From assembly GCF_009914755.1 (NCBI RefSeq), contig NC_060927.1: a DNA stretch of 64,000 nt; one strand, written 5' to 3'. Position numbers and translations under genes: made by a program. Positions 13,856 to 27,418 of the stretch are shown one piece after another (position 1 is the stretch's first letter; every line of letters starts with the position of its first letter). The notes under the pieces are model-generated. The model worked only from the letters and a program-made list of their open reading frames with translations, was not told the DNA's origin and did not search any database. The stretch is from the human T2T-CHM13v2.0 reference genome, Homo sapiens.

Positions 13856-16741
13856 AAATTCAATGAGTTCACTTGTTTTAGTTTATTCTTTTAAATCATT
13901 TCTACCTTTTAATTTTATAGCGTTGACTTAGAACATATCTTATTTGCCTCTTACGTATTTATTCTCCAAAACTATTGACACTCTATCTCTCTCTCTGTCT
14001 CTCTCTCTCTTTCTATTTGCTTTTGCTCATACCCCACCTTTTTTGGCCTCGTTCTCTCTTTTCAAGCCATGACTTTCATTAACTGAAGATTAATTAATTG
14101 ATCTCTAGATTGCTTACATTGATAGTTTTCACATACTGGCCATTTGAAGAATTCTGGTACTTTTTCCATAAAATCAGGAGAAAAGAAGTTAAGCCTGCTT
14201 ATGCCTTTATACCTGCTTATAGCTTCTGGAGGACATGGGGATTTCATTAAGCAATTTACTATTTTAGGAATAACTATTTTAAAAATAACTAATTGAATCC
14301 TATTAAACAAGTATATAAGTAGTTGTTTAGGAAATAACTAGCTATTGAAACAAAGTCAAATCTGTAAATTTTCCTTTTTCTAACTGACTAGTTTTGTACA
14401 TATGAGATCCACATACGAACAAACTTTGCTCTTTATCATCTGTTACACAGAAGACTTCTGATGGAACAATCATTAAATGCATTGTCTAAATAAGATTTGA
14501 GGATTAACTATGGATTTGGGGTAGTTTCTCTGTGTCTCAGTACTCTCTGGACAATTAAGAGCCTTTGTACTCACCATCTTCACGTGAGACACATTTGTAA
14601 CATACTTCAGGATGGTAGGATGTCAAACAGATATCCTTTGTTAATATATATGTCTTAAAAGGCATTCTATCTTTGTTCCCTGTTCCATTAAATTTGGTTG
14701 TTGAATGAGAGTAGGGATTATTTTCTTACTGCTATTCTCACCTCTGCTTGGGACTTAACAACAAGCCCACATTTTGCAGCAATTCAGGACTCCTAAATTC
14801 ACTGATATTTGTACTTTGAGAATGGAGATATTGCAATTCAAATAATAGGCAGTGACGAATCCATGGTTGACTGGAAATAAGCTTAAGATGGTCGCAGTAA
14901 TAACCAAAGTTTAATTTAAAATTTATATAAAATCATCATTTCTTATAAGAAAGCAAAAAAGGAATCAGAGGCCATCAATTCCAAAGAGAATGAAACCAGA
15001 ATGGATGAGAAATGGCAAATCAGGCTTAGCAGATCTGTCCTAGTTATTATTTAGACTAGAGTTTTTACAATAATTAAAGTCCCACGCCATCCCACTCTAC
15101 CTCCTGTAAGATGTATTCAACAATGTATCTTTTGATCTTAATTTGGTTAACTGCAACTTTCTGTCCACTTGTAAAGATTTCTGTGTGTGTCTATTCACAC
15201 AGTATATGTGGGCAGATATAATTAGCACCAATGCTGAGAAAAACTAGAGATATAGAAAAAGTTTTAATCATTTGGTCACCACGTAGATATTTACATAATT
15301 TAATCACACAAACTAGTTAAATGTCAGGCCATTTGTAATACAGAAATCAAACTGTGACCATAGGTCATCAGACATAGTAATCAGATATGCATGCATAATC
15401 ATGTTAGAATCATATTAAGAAAAAAAGCAACATAAAATTAGGAAATTTCTTTGTTCCTAATTGCTTTTTTATAGTTTTGATTTATTAGAACTACAAAGAG
15501 TTGCACAAATGTATATGAGTGTGAGTATCTTTGTGTGAGTGTTTTAATTGGGTTTATTATATGTCATGTCACAGTTTTCAGATGGATTTTTGGTGTTTGA
15601 CAGAGAAGTACTTAAAAAATTAATGAGAAGAATAAACAAATAGAATACGTTAACCTTGTGCTGAACATATTGTTATTCCATTCTGCTATAGCTTAAGAGA
15701 GCCAGGAAATTTAATTTTCAGTATATTACCCAGATTTGAGCCAAAAATAAGAAGGGGGCATCTCAGTAGATAATAATGCAAAATTTGTTCCATTGATTTT
15801 AATTTTCAAAAGTAACTTTAAATAAAAAATACGTTTGCATCAAATCCTTTTTCAGCCAACAATAGATATAAACATAATTAATATATAAGCAAAAATATTT
15901 GTTTTGTAAGACCAGGAAAACATATCACAGTAATTTACTAATACTGATAATTTGTTCTAAGCAAATTTAAGATGCAACTTATGACAATTACTTCTTATAT
16001 TCCTCATAAAATATAAAGAGTTACCATGCTTTTTATTTTTAAAACAAAACACTTCTTTTCTTAGAGTTTACTTTGGTTCTTGAAATCCTAGACATTTTGT
16101 ATTTGCTTCCAGTTTAATAATGAAAACAGCCAAAGGTAATGGAACTCTCAAGGAGACAGCTGACTTCAATAAGCTGGTCAAGTTCCGCAACAATAGGAGA
16201 CTGTTATTAAACTGGTTTTGAGGGACAAGATTGACACCTTCATTTTAAGCTTCCCACATTAAGTAAGAGGGAACCTCTATTATGGGAAATAGATTCAAGT
16301 GGCAGGTATTATGTAGCCAAACCTGCATTAGAATAACCTTAACAAATACTAAAACATGTTTTAAAATGATGATATTTAAAATAGTTTATACCCATGCATG
16401 GATAGATGATGCAATGTAATGGATGGAAAAGAATTTCTAGAAGTAGATCCAAATATGTGTGAGAATTTTATATATATTAAGATGAGTTTTTAGGTCACTG
16501 GTAAATATACTTTTAAATAATTTTTTGATAAAATTTACTAAACATCTAGATAAATAAAGCTGTATATCTTCTTAAAATCTTATGTTACAATAATTTTAAA
16601 ATTAAGGAAAGCATCTTATGTATAAATTAAGCTATAAAATTATAGAATAAAAATTAAATTGTTATAACAAAGGTGAAGTCTTTCTAAGAAAGATGCAAAG
16701 TCAAGAAGCCAGGAAACAAAAACAGAATAAAGGTACTAGAA

Positions 16742-16744
<3 letters not shown>

Positions 16745-16786
<42 letters not shown>
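16745..16786. repeat. (GT)21 microsatellite
   Basis: Perfect dinucleotide run. Confidence 0.98.
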
Positions 16787-16788
<2 letters not shown>

Positions 16789-17177
16789 TTGACATTACCA
16801 ACTTGCAACGATTTGGTTTCTTGTTTCCAAAAGTCTTTCATGTTTGAAATGAGGGCTATGAAATGCTATCTTCCTGACTGAGTTCTGCCATCACCTCTGG
16901 GACTAATCCTATAATAATTCACACCTCTATTCCTCTTGTCCAAGCAAGGCTTACTTTTGGTTCCATGTTGAATTTGTTTGCTGGTTTCAAAAAAAGTTGG
17001 GTTCTGGATTTTATAATCAACCCCTGTTCTTTTTTTTTTTTTCAGTGCTCCCCCAACCCCGGGAGAATGTTGAGGGTCTCTCTTCATGTTCAGAGATGAA
17101 GCATAGCCCCAGGTGTTTCCTACAAACTTTTAGGGAAGTGTTTTTAAACACAAGCTGTTCTTTAAATATTGTAAACT

Positions 17178-17436
17178 CACACACCGGGGACTGTTGTGGG
17201 GTCGGGGGAGGGGGGAGGGATAGCATTAGGAGATATACCTAATGCTAAATGACGAGTTAATGGGTGCAGCACACCAACATGGCACATGTATACATATGTA
17301 ACAAACCTGCACATTGTGCACATGTACCCTAAAACTTAAAGTATAATAATAATAAAAAATAATAATAATAATAAAAATAAATTTAAAAAAAAGAAATTGA
17401 GGTACAACCAGGATGCAAAATAATAATAATAATAAT
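17178..17436 (+). mobile_element. 5'-truncated L1PA3-type 3'UTR insertion with a short 3' transduction
   Basis: L1PA3-type diagnostics (TAGCATTAGG, CTAAATGACGAGTTAATG, CACATTGTGC, CCCTAAAAC). Two A-rich tails are separated by a unique 24-mer. Perfect 14-bp TSD AAATATTGTAAACT at 17164-17177 and 17437-17450. Confidence 0.92.
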
Positions 17437-17563
17437 AAATATTGTAAACTGAGTAGAGAATGAAAGTAGTCACTAGCCCTTGTAAAAATGGTAAAGAAAC
17501 ACAAAGCATGTTTGCTGGGGGCGACCTTGAAAAAATTGTTGCTCTGCCTTCAGAATTCCTATG

Positions 17564-17745
17564 CAGAGGTGGATCAAGATTTTGTGGGGACTGAAGCTGA
17601 ACAATATGAGGGGCCTTGTTTCAGAAAAATACTTTAAGATTACATATACAAATTAGTTACAGGAGTAAATATTTATTTACAGGGTCATGTTCAAGTGAGA
17701 AATCCTGAAGTTTAAACTTCATTACCCTCATGATATATCCACCTG
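17564..17745. mobile_element. hAT (Tip100/Arthur1-like) MITE
   Basis: CAGAGGTGGAT...ATCCACCTG inverted ends; internal TTTTGTGGGGACTGAAGCT motif. Family assignment uncertain. Confidence 0.55.
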
Positions 17746-18059
17746 TTCCCATGGTAATTATTATCTGATTTATTGTACACTTTTTATTCTGATACTTCAG
17801 CATACCCGGCCTAATTTTGTTATTTTACTCTCCATATATAGACTTTAAGTTCCAGGAGCTTATTTTTCAAAAGTTACTCTCCTCTACTGTATCTTTCTCT
17901 TCTCTGTCTCCTGCCCATCTGTGCTCATCCAGTATCACATATCTGGGGCTTAGAGTGGGTGTTCATAACATAGTTGTTGAATTACTTTTTGAATAAACAA
18001 TGAATGAATAACCACTTCTGCTAAAATGAGCACTTGTCCTTTAAAATAGGTAGATAGGG

Positions 18060-18180
18060 AATAACTAGGCTTTAAGGTAATGAATATCCCAATTATACTG
18101 ACTTGATATTTACAAATTATAGGAATATATTATCACATGTACCCCCCAAATATGTACCTCTATTATGTATTAGTAAAAAA
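18060..18180 (+). mobile_element. L1MA 3' terminal fragment
   Basis: ...ATCACATGTACCCCCCAAATATGTAC...ATTATGTATTAGTAAAAAA. Confidence 0.65.
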
Positions 18181-19469
18181 TTACTAGGTCAAGCATTCCC
18201 ATAAAATATGTTTTAAATCTAATTTACTGACTAGATATGATCAAATCCTTGAGACTAGGTGACATCAATCCAAGGGTTTATTAATGTAAGAAATCGTTAC
18301 TCTCTTTCAAAATAGGTTTGTTAGTTCTTAATACAATCCACCAATGCTGATGATCTCCTGGGGACAGTTGGATTAATTCAATAAAATGACTCCTCCACAA
18401 AAAAACAGCTCTCCTCCCCAGTCCAAGAAAATGCTAGGCTTATATGATTATCTTTGTTTGCCATCACTTTGATAATCATATTGTCATTACTGAACAATTT
18501 TCACACCATCATGATTAGGTGTGGATGTAGGTGCACTTCTCTAGTTTTCTTCATCTTTCCTAGCCTTCTTCCTTATTAAAAAATTACCCATGTGGAAAAT
18601 TAAAAAGAAAGCAAAACTAACTATAAAATTACAACTCACAAACATTCCAATGGTTTGCAATTTTCATGACTATTAACAATGTGCTCCCTGTGGACTGCGG
18701 CATAGATGAGATAGGCTGTTGGTTATGCAGGAGCTCCAACTCAGTCTTTCCCTCCCACTCAAGAAGACATAATAAAAGCAAGCAAAGGAAAATAACATTG
18801 GTACAACCTTGGATTAATCTTATTATTTATTTTTAACTAAAAAATGATTAGCGGCTTTTTTTTTTCCTGATAGTAAAACAAATTATTTCAAATACCAGGA
18901 TGCATTCTTTCACAGAATCAGGAAAATGCAAATTTGGAATTGCAACTTCTTTGCCATGAGCATGTTGGCATTTATTATTTTTATTATCACTGCCCTACTA
19001 AATTTCATTAGCATTTAAGACAACACAAATGAAGGGAATGAGTATGAAAATACTGCAAAAGTGAACAGTGACCTCATGTTGATATGCATTCAGTTGCACA
19101 ATTGGAGCACAAATATATTACTAGCAAGTTTCAAGGGATTCTGTTAAGGGCCCCAACTTCTGCTACCAACTTACAGGTAATGGCCAGGTTGATCTAAACT
19201 GTTTAATCTAAATCAATTTAGCCCCAATCCCAAGACCTACCTTGCCTGATTTTCGATTAGAGATACAGTGATTAAATGCTGTTTATTGACCAAGAAAGGA
19301 ATAAAAATGTGTTGATGTATTGTGTATCACTTTCTGTCTTATGATTGTAATTGCTATACATGGACTGAGATCAAGCAGAGGTCAAAGTAAATTTGAGTGA
19401 AGAAAAAATTCGTCATTAGAGGCAGATCTAACATGAATTTAGAATGAGGTTCATACACTGATGAGACAA

Positions 19470-19640
19470 TGGAGTGTAGTATGGGCATTCAGAGCATGGA
19501 CTGTGGAGCCAGACCGCATGGGTGTGAATCCTGACACTACTGATCACTTGCTGTGTGATTCTGGCGTGAGCTTTTTTCTTTCTTTTTCTAATCTTGATCT
19601 CTTTAAGCATCACTTTCCCTACTGTAAAATGATAGTCATT
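19470..19640 (+). mobile_element. MIR SINE
   Basis: AGAGCATGGACTGTGGAGCCAGAC...GAATCC...CTGTAAAATG. Confidence 0.7.
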
Positions 19641-20026
19641 GACTCTGTATGTCCTTCAGTGGTTAAGTTGTTTCCAGTTTCTGGCTATTATGAATAAAGC
19701 TGACAGGAGCATTCATATACAGGTTTTTGTGTGACCGTAAGTCTTCACTTCTTCTGGGGAAAAAAAGAAAATGCCGAGGTTTGCAGTTACTTGGTCATGT
19801 GGTTGCTGCACATTTACTTTTTGTAAAGAAACTGAAAAACTTTTTCAGAGTATCTGTACTATTTTACATTCTCACCAATAATGTATGAGTGATCCAGTTT
19901 CTCCCCATTCTCACCTTCATTTGGTGTTACCACCATTTTTTATTTTAGCTATTCTAATAGGTAGTAATATCTCACTATAATCATGTTTTCATCATTTTCA
20001 TTTCCCCAGTGACTAATGACACTGAA

Positions 20027-20330
20027 CTTTTTTTTCCTTTTTCTTTAAGATAGGGTCTCACTTTGTGATCCAGGCTAGAGTGCAGTGGCATGATCACAGC
20101 TCAGTACAGCCTGGACCTCCCAGGCTCGAGGGATGATCCCACATCAGCCACACCCCAAGCAGCTAGGACTATAGGCATGCATCACCATGCCCTGCTAATT
20201 TTTTATTTTTTTTAGAGATGGTGTCTTGCTACGTTGCCCAGGCTTATTTCAAACTCCTGGGCTCAAGCAGTCCTCCCACACTGGCTTCTCAAATTGTTGG
20301 GATTACAGGCATGAGCCACTGTGCCTGGCT
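20027..20330 (-). mobile_element. AluJ
   Basis: Diverged Alu dimer with J-type ATCACAGCTCA and TCCTGGGCTCAAGC. Confidence 0.9.
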
Positions 20331-21376
20331 TGTACATTTTTTCATGTGCTTATTCTGGATATCCTCTTTGGTAAAATGGCTGTTCCTGTCTTACCCATTT
20401 TCTAATTGGCTTGTTTGGTTTTTATACTTTTGGTTTTTGTGAGTCTTTTTTATAGTAATAGTCTTTTGTGGAATCTATGGCTTACAAATATTTTCTCCCA
20501 CTCTGTAGCTTGTCTATTCATCTCATTGGAAGAATTTTGCAGATCACATCTTAAATTTTGATAAAGTCCAATTTATCAATTTTTTTCATGTATTTGGTAT
20601 CATCTAAAAACTGTTTACAACCAGAGGATTTTATTCTTTTTACTTGGAAATTTTATAGTTAAATATTTTCTATTTACGTTTGTGAACCATATAGAGTTAA
20701 TTTTTATATAAGGTGTGAGGTTTAGGTTGGGTTTATTTTTTCTTTTGTCAGTAGTGTCCATTTGTTTTATCAATGTTTGTTGAGAAGACTATTTTTTCTC
20801 CATTGACTCTCTTTAGTTCCTTTGTCAAAAATAAGTTGGGTATATTTACATAGGATTATTTCTGAGTATTCTATTCCATCCATCTATGTGTCTTTCCCTT
20901 TGCCAGTATCGTACAGCCTTGATTACTGTAACTGTATGATTTTGAAATCAAGTAGAGTGATTCCTCCCAATTTACTCTTATTTATAAAAATGGTCTTAGC
21001 TATTCTAGTTCTTTTGCCTGTCCATATAAATTTTTGAAAACTGTTCCCCTTTGTCTGTAAAAGTCTTGTGGAGATATTGATTGGAATTTCAATATGTTAC
21101 ATATGAAATTGAGAATAATTGATATATTTACTATGTTGAATCTTCCTATCCACAAATGTGGTATGTCTCTCCATTTATTTAGGTTAAATTAAAAAATAAT
21201 AATAATAAGCAAGGTGTAGTTTTAGCATGCAAGCACTGCACATGTTTTGGTAGACTGACTTTTTTACTTTTTGAAGTATTTGTAAATGATATGCATTTTT
21301 AGGTTCTCTGTATATCCTTTCATTGCTAATATATAGAAATATAATTGATTTGTGTTATGTCAGTCTTATACCCTGA

Positions 21377-21763
<387 letters not shown>

Positions 21764-24700
21764 TAAGGATAGTTTTATTTTTTCACTTCTGATCTACATG
21801 CTTTATTTTTTTGCCTTATTATACTAGGATAACTTTTAGTACTATGTTTAATGAGTCACGAGAGTAACATTCTTGCCTAATTCCTGATCTTACAGAGAAC
21901 TACTGTCAACATTAAGAATGACGTTAACTATAGGTTTTTTGTAGATGGTTGTTATGTAGTTGAAAAAGTCCTTCTTTTCTCATTTTTTTCTAAGAGTTTC
22001 AACCATAAATGTGTATTGAATTTTATCAAAAGCTTTTCCTGCATTGATTTGATCATGTGATTCCCCCCACCCCCCGACCCCGGTTTTTTCCTGTTTATAT
22101 GGTGGATTACCTTAATTGGATTTCAAACATTAAGTCAGCTTTTCATTCCTGTTATAAACCCCACTTGGTCATTTTGTATAATTCTTTTTCTATATTGCTG
22201 AATTTTATTTCCTAATATTTTATTAAGGATTTTTGCTTCTATATTAATGAAGGATATTGCTCCATGGTCATTATTGTGTTATTTTTCTTTTATGTTTTGG
22301 TACTCTCTTCATCTTGTTTCCATGTCAGGATAATATAGTCTCATAAAATCGATTGAGAAATGTTTCCGTCTTCTGTTTTATAAAAGAGATTGTGCAGAAT
22401 TGTTCTTAACTCTTCTTTTAAAATTTGGTAGAATCTTCCAGTGAAACTATCTGGGCCTAAAGATTTTTGGGGGGAGAGAGGTGAATATTTTCTAAATTAT
22501 GAGTTTAGTTTTCTTAATAGGTATAGTAGTATTAAAATTGTCTATTTCATATTGATTAGTGGTAGTAGTTTGTACTTTTTTTTCTTTTAGGAATTAGTTC
22601 ATTTCAACTGAAGTCTTGAATACGTGTAAGTAGAGTTGTTATAGCATTTCTTTTTTCTCTTTTTGATGTCTCTAGGGTCTGTAATGTTTTCCTCTGTTTG
22701 ATTCTGGATGTTGGTGTCCTTTCTCTCTTTCTGTTGTCAGTCTTGTTAGAGGTTTGTCAATTTTATATTATAATTTCAAAGAACCAGCATTTTGTGTCAT
22801 TGACTTTTCTTTGTCATCATTCTGTTTTCAATTTTATTCATTTCTGCTGTTAAATTTATTATGTTCTTCCTCTCTTTGCTTTGGATTTATTTTGCCTTTT
22901 CTAGGTCTTGAGATGGGAACCCAGATTATTCATGTGAGACATTTTCACTTTTCTAATGTGTGAACCTAATGCTATGAATTTATTTTTCCCCAGTATTTCA
23001 GCTGTGTCCTACAACTATTGTTATGTTGTATTGTCATTTTTTCCAGCTCAATGTATTTTTTTTAATTTACCTTGAAACTTCTTTGATCTATGAATTATTT
23101 AAAAGTGTGTTATTTAGCTTTCCAGTTTTTGGAGATTTTCTTATCTTTCTGTTACTGATTTCTAGTTTGGTTCCATGGTAGTCAGAAAATATAATCTATG
23201 TTATCTTCATTCTTTTAAATTTGTTGAGGTTTATTTTATGTCTCTGGATATAGTGATATTGGTATATGTTCCCTAGAAACTTGAAAATCCTTCACATAAA
23301 TGTGATTAGATCCTGATTGTTGATCGTGTTGTTGAGTTTTTCCACATCCTTGCTGATTTTTCTAGTTCTCTTATGTTTTGAAAGAGCAATGTTGAAGGCT
23401 CTAACTATATGTAGAGTTGTCCAATTTTAGTTCTATCACTTTTGCTTCACACATTTTGCAGCTCCTTTGTTTGGTGAATAAACATTTAAGATTGCTATGT
23501 CTTCTTGATGGATTGACCTTTTATAATTACATAGTGCCCCTCTATGTCTCTGGTAATTTTCTTAGCTCTGAAATCTAATTCATCTGATATTAAAGTAGCA
23601 GCTACATCTGCTTCCTTTGATTAATGTTTACATGATATGGTCTTTTTTATCCTTTTACTTTCAACCTTTCTTTATTGTTATATTTGAAATGAAATTCTTA
23701 TACATACCACATAGCTGAGTCATGTTTTTTAATCCATTTTGCAATTTCTATATTTTAATTAGTGTATCCTTACTTTATGTGGGCTACTTTAACATACATT
23801 TAGAATGAATTTTTGATTCGTCTATAGTGTTTTTGAGTGTACTGTTTTGTATTTTTTTAGTATTCACTCTATGTATTACATTATACATACATACATAACT
23901 GGTCTACTGGTATCAACATTTGACCAACTTGAAGTGTAAAAACCTTACCTGACTTTATGTCTCTTTACATCCCCCAGTTTCTTAGATAATTTTCTTAAAT
24001 TTTTCCCATATACCTGTAAAAGTACATCATACAGTGTTAAAATTTTCACTTCAACCATCAAACATAATTTAGAAAACTCAAGAAGAAATGTGTATTTTAT
24101 TTACTCATATTTTCGCTGTGTCCATTCTTTTTTCCTTTCTAATGTTCTAGATTTTTTCTTTTATTCTTCCTTCATTCTCTTTCTGTTTCAAAAACTCAAT
24201 TAGCCGTTCTCTTAGGGTAAGTCTGCTGTTGATAAATTCAGTTTACCTTCATCTGAGAATTTCTGAAGTATATTTTTACTGTGTATAGAATTTTGGGTTG
24301 ATAGTCCTTTTCTTTAAGTACTTGAAAAATATTATGCCACATCCTGTAGGTTTACATGATAGGTGATAAGAAATTCACCATCATTCTAGCTTTATTTATT
24401 TATTTATTTTGCTACATATAACATGTTTCTTTCAAGATTTATTCTTTGTTTTCATTTTTCAAAATTTTGACTATAATGTGTCTTGGTGTGGATTTTACTG
24501 AATCGACTCTGCTTAGGGTTAGCTCAGCTTCTTCTTGAATCTACATGTTTATGTTTTTTCCAAATTTAGTAAGTTTTAAGCAATTATTTCTTTGAGCAAA
24601 TTTTTAGCTCCACCATCTTTCTTTTTTGTTTCAATACTTCAATGACATGATTGTTAAACCTATTTTTTATAGTTCCACAGGTCCTGAGGCTCTATTCATG

Positions 24701-25071
24701 TTTTTTCAGTTAATTTTCTCTGTGCTCCTCAAATTAAATAATTTTTGTTTTTCTAGTTTTAAATTTACTTTTCCCTCTGATTCTTTTGCTGAGCTCATCC
24801 ATTGGGATTTTAATTTCTATTATTGCACTTTTCAATTTAATATTTACCTTTGGTTCTTTTTTATATCCTCTATTTCTTAGGGGAATTTAAAAAATGTTTC
24901 AGGTGTGTTCATAATTGCTTACCAAATCAGTTTTATGATGATGGCTTTAAAATCTTTTTCAAGGCCAGCATGCTGGTCACATCTGCAATCCCAGCACTTT
25001 GGGAGGCCAAGGCAGATGAATCGCTTGAGTCCACGAGTTTGTGTCCATCCTGGGCAACACAGTGAAACTTG

Positions 25072-27418
25072 TGATATGGTTTGGATGTGTCCCCACCCAA
25101 ATCTTATCTTGAATTGTAGCTCCCTTAATTCCCACATGTCATGAGAAGGACCCAGTGGGAAGTAATTGAATCATGGAGGCAGGTCTTTCCCATGCTGTTC
25201 TTGTGATAGTGGATAAATTTCAAGATATCTGATGGTTTTATAGAGGAGAGTTCCCCTGCACATGGTCTCTCACCTGCCATATATAAGATGTGACTTTGCT
25301 TCTCATTCACCTTTAGCCATGATTGTGAGGCCTCCCCAGCCATGAGGAACTGTGGGTCAATTAAACCTCTTTTCTTTTTTAAACTACCCAGTCTTGGGTA
25401 TATCTTTATTAGCAGCATGAGAACAGACTAATACAGTATATTGGTACCAGGAGTAGGGTGCTGCTGTAAAGATACCCAAACATGTGGAAGTGACTTTGGA
25501 ACCTGGTAACAGGCAGAGATGGGGACAGTTTGGAGGGCTAAGAAGAAGATAGGAAGATGTGGGAAAGTTTGGAAGTTCCTAGAGACTTCTTGAATGTCTT
25601 TGACCAAAATGCTGATAGTGATATGGATAATAAAGCCCAGGCTAAGATGGCCTCAGATGCACATGAGGAAATGTTGGGAACTGGAGCAAAGGTGACTTTT
25701 GTAATGCTTTAGCAAAGAGACTGGTGGAATTTTGCCCCTGCCCTAGAGATTTGTGGAACTTTGAACTGGAGATAGATGATTTAGGGCATCTGGTAGAAGA
25801 AATTTGTAAACAGCAAAGTGTTCAGGAGGTGACTTGGTACAGTTAAAAGCATTCAGTTTTATGTAGTCACAAATATATGGTTTGGAATTAGAACTTATGT
25901 TTAAAGGGGAAGCAGAGCATAAAATGTGAAAATTTATAGCCTGACTATGCAATAGAAAAGAAAAACCCATTTTCTAGAAAGAAATGAAAATCAGCTCCTG
26001 AAATCTGCATAAGCAATGAGCCAAATGTTGATCACCAAGACAATGAAGAAAATGTCTCCAGGGCATGTCAGAGATTTTCACGGCAACCCCTCCCATCAAA
26101 GTCCTGGTGGCCTAGGAGGAAAAAATGGTTTTGTAGGCCTGGCCCAGGGCCTTGCTGCTTTGTGCAGTCTCGGGACTTAGTGCACTGCATCCCAGCTGTG
26201 GCTAAAAGGGGCCAATGTACAGCTCAGGCTGTTACTTCAGAGGGTGCAAGCCCTAAGCCTTGGTGGCTTACATGTGGCATTGGGTCTGTGGGTACATAGA
26301 AGTCATGAATTGAGGTTTGGGAACCTCTACCTCGATTTCAGAGGATATGTGGAAATGCCTGGATGTCCAGGGACAGATGTGCTGCAGGGGCAGAGTTCCT
26401 TATGGAGAATCTCTGCTAGGGCAGTACAGAAGGGAAATGTGGGGTGGGAGTGTCCACACAGAGTCCCTCCTGGGGCACTGCCTAGTGGAGCTGTGAGAAG
26501 AGGGCCACCATCCTCCAGACCCCAGAATCGTAGATCAATTAACAGCTTGAACTATGCACCTGGAAAAGCAGCAAACACTCAACACCACCCTGTGAAAGCA
26601 GCCAGGAGGGAGGCTTTACTCTTCAAAGTAACAGGGGTGGAGCTACCCAAGGCCATGGGGGCCCACGTCTTGCATCAGCATAAGCTGGATGTGAGACATG
26701 GAGTCAAAGGAGTCATTTTGGAGCTTTAAGATTTGACTGCCCTACTGGATTTTAGACTTCCATGGAGCCTGTAGCTCCTTCATTTTGAACAATTTCTCCC
26801 ATTTGAAATGGGTGTATTTACCTGTACCCCTGTTGTATCTAGAAGGTAACTAACTTGCTTTTGATTTCAGAGACTCCTAGGTGGAAGGGACTTGCCTTGC
26901 ATCAGATGAGACTTTGGACTGTGGATTTCTGAGTTAATGCTGAAATGAGTTAAGAATTTGGGGGACTGTTGGGAAGGCATGGTTGGTTTTTAAATGTGAG
27001 AACATATGATTTGGGAGGGGTCAGGAGTGGAATTATATGGTTTGGCTCTGTCCCCACCCAAATCTCATCTTGAATTATGCTCCCATAATTCCCACGTGTT
27101 GTGGGAGGGACCCAGTGGAAGGTAACTGAATTCACGGAGGGCAGGTCTTTCCCATGCTGTTCTTGTGTTAGTGAATAAGCTTCATGAGATCTGACGGTTT
27201 TATTGATAAAACCATCAGAGGAGAACCAAGGGAGTTCCCTTGTACATGCTCTCTTGCCTACCGCCATGTAAGATGTGACTTTGCTCCTCATTCACCTTCA
27301 GCTATGATTGTGAGGCCCTCCAGCCATGTGGAACTGTAGGTCAATTAAACCTCTTTCCTTTATAAATTACCAAGTCTTGGGTATGTCTTTATTAGCAGCA
27401 TGAGAACAGACTAATACA
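25072..27418 (+). mobile_element. THE1B-type MaLR provirus: 5'LTR 25072-25435, internal 25436-27032, 3'LTR 27033-27418
   Basis: Two roughly 365-385 bp LTRs (T(G/T)ATATGGTTTGG...CTAATACA) flank a 1.6-kb THE1-int with a polypurine tract before the 3'LTR. Confidence 0.93.
25163..25173 (+). promoter_or_regulatory. DUX4-type double-homeobox motif TAATTGAATCA in the THE1 5'LTR
   Basis: Motif visible; THE1 LTRs are established DUX4 targets. The equivalent 3'LTR site is altered (TAACTGAATTCA). Confidence 0.55.

Noticed and set aside
17186-17219. G-quadruplex-forming G-tract
   Set aside because: Standard feature of young L1 3'UTRs.
26244-26729. Longest ORF (161 aa)
   Set aside because: It lies within THE1 internal sequence and starts at a non-ATG codon; a MaLR remnant.
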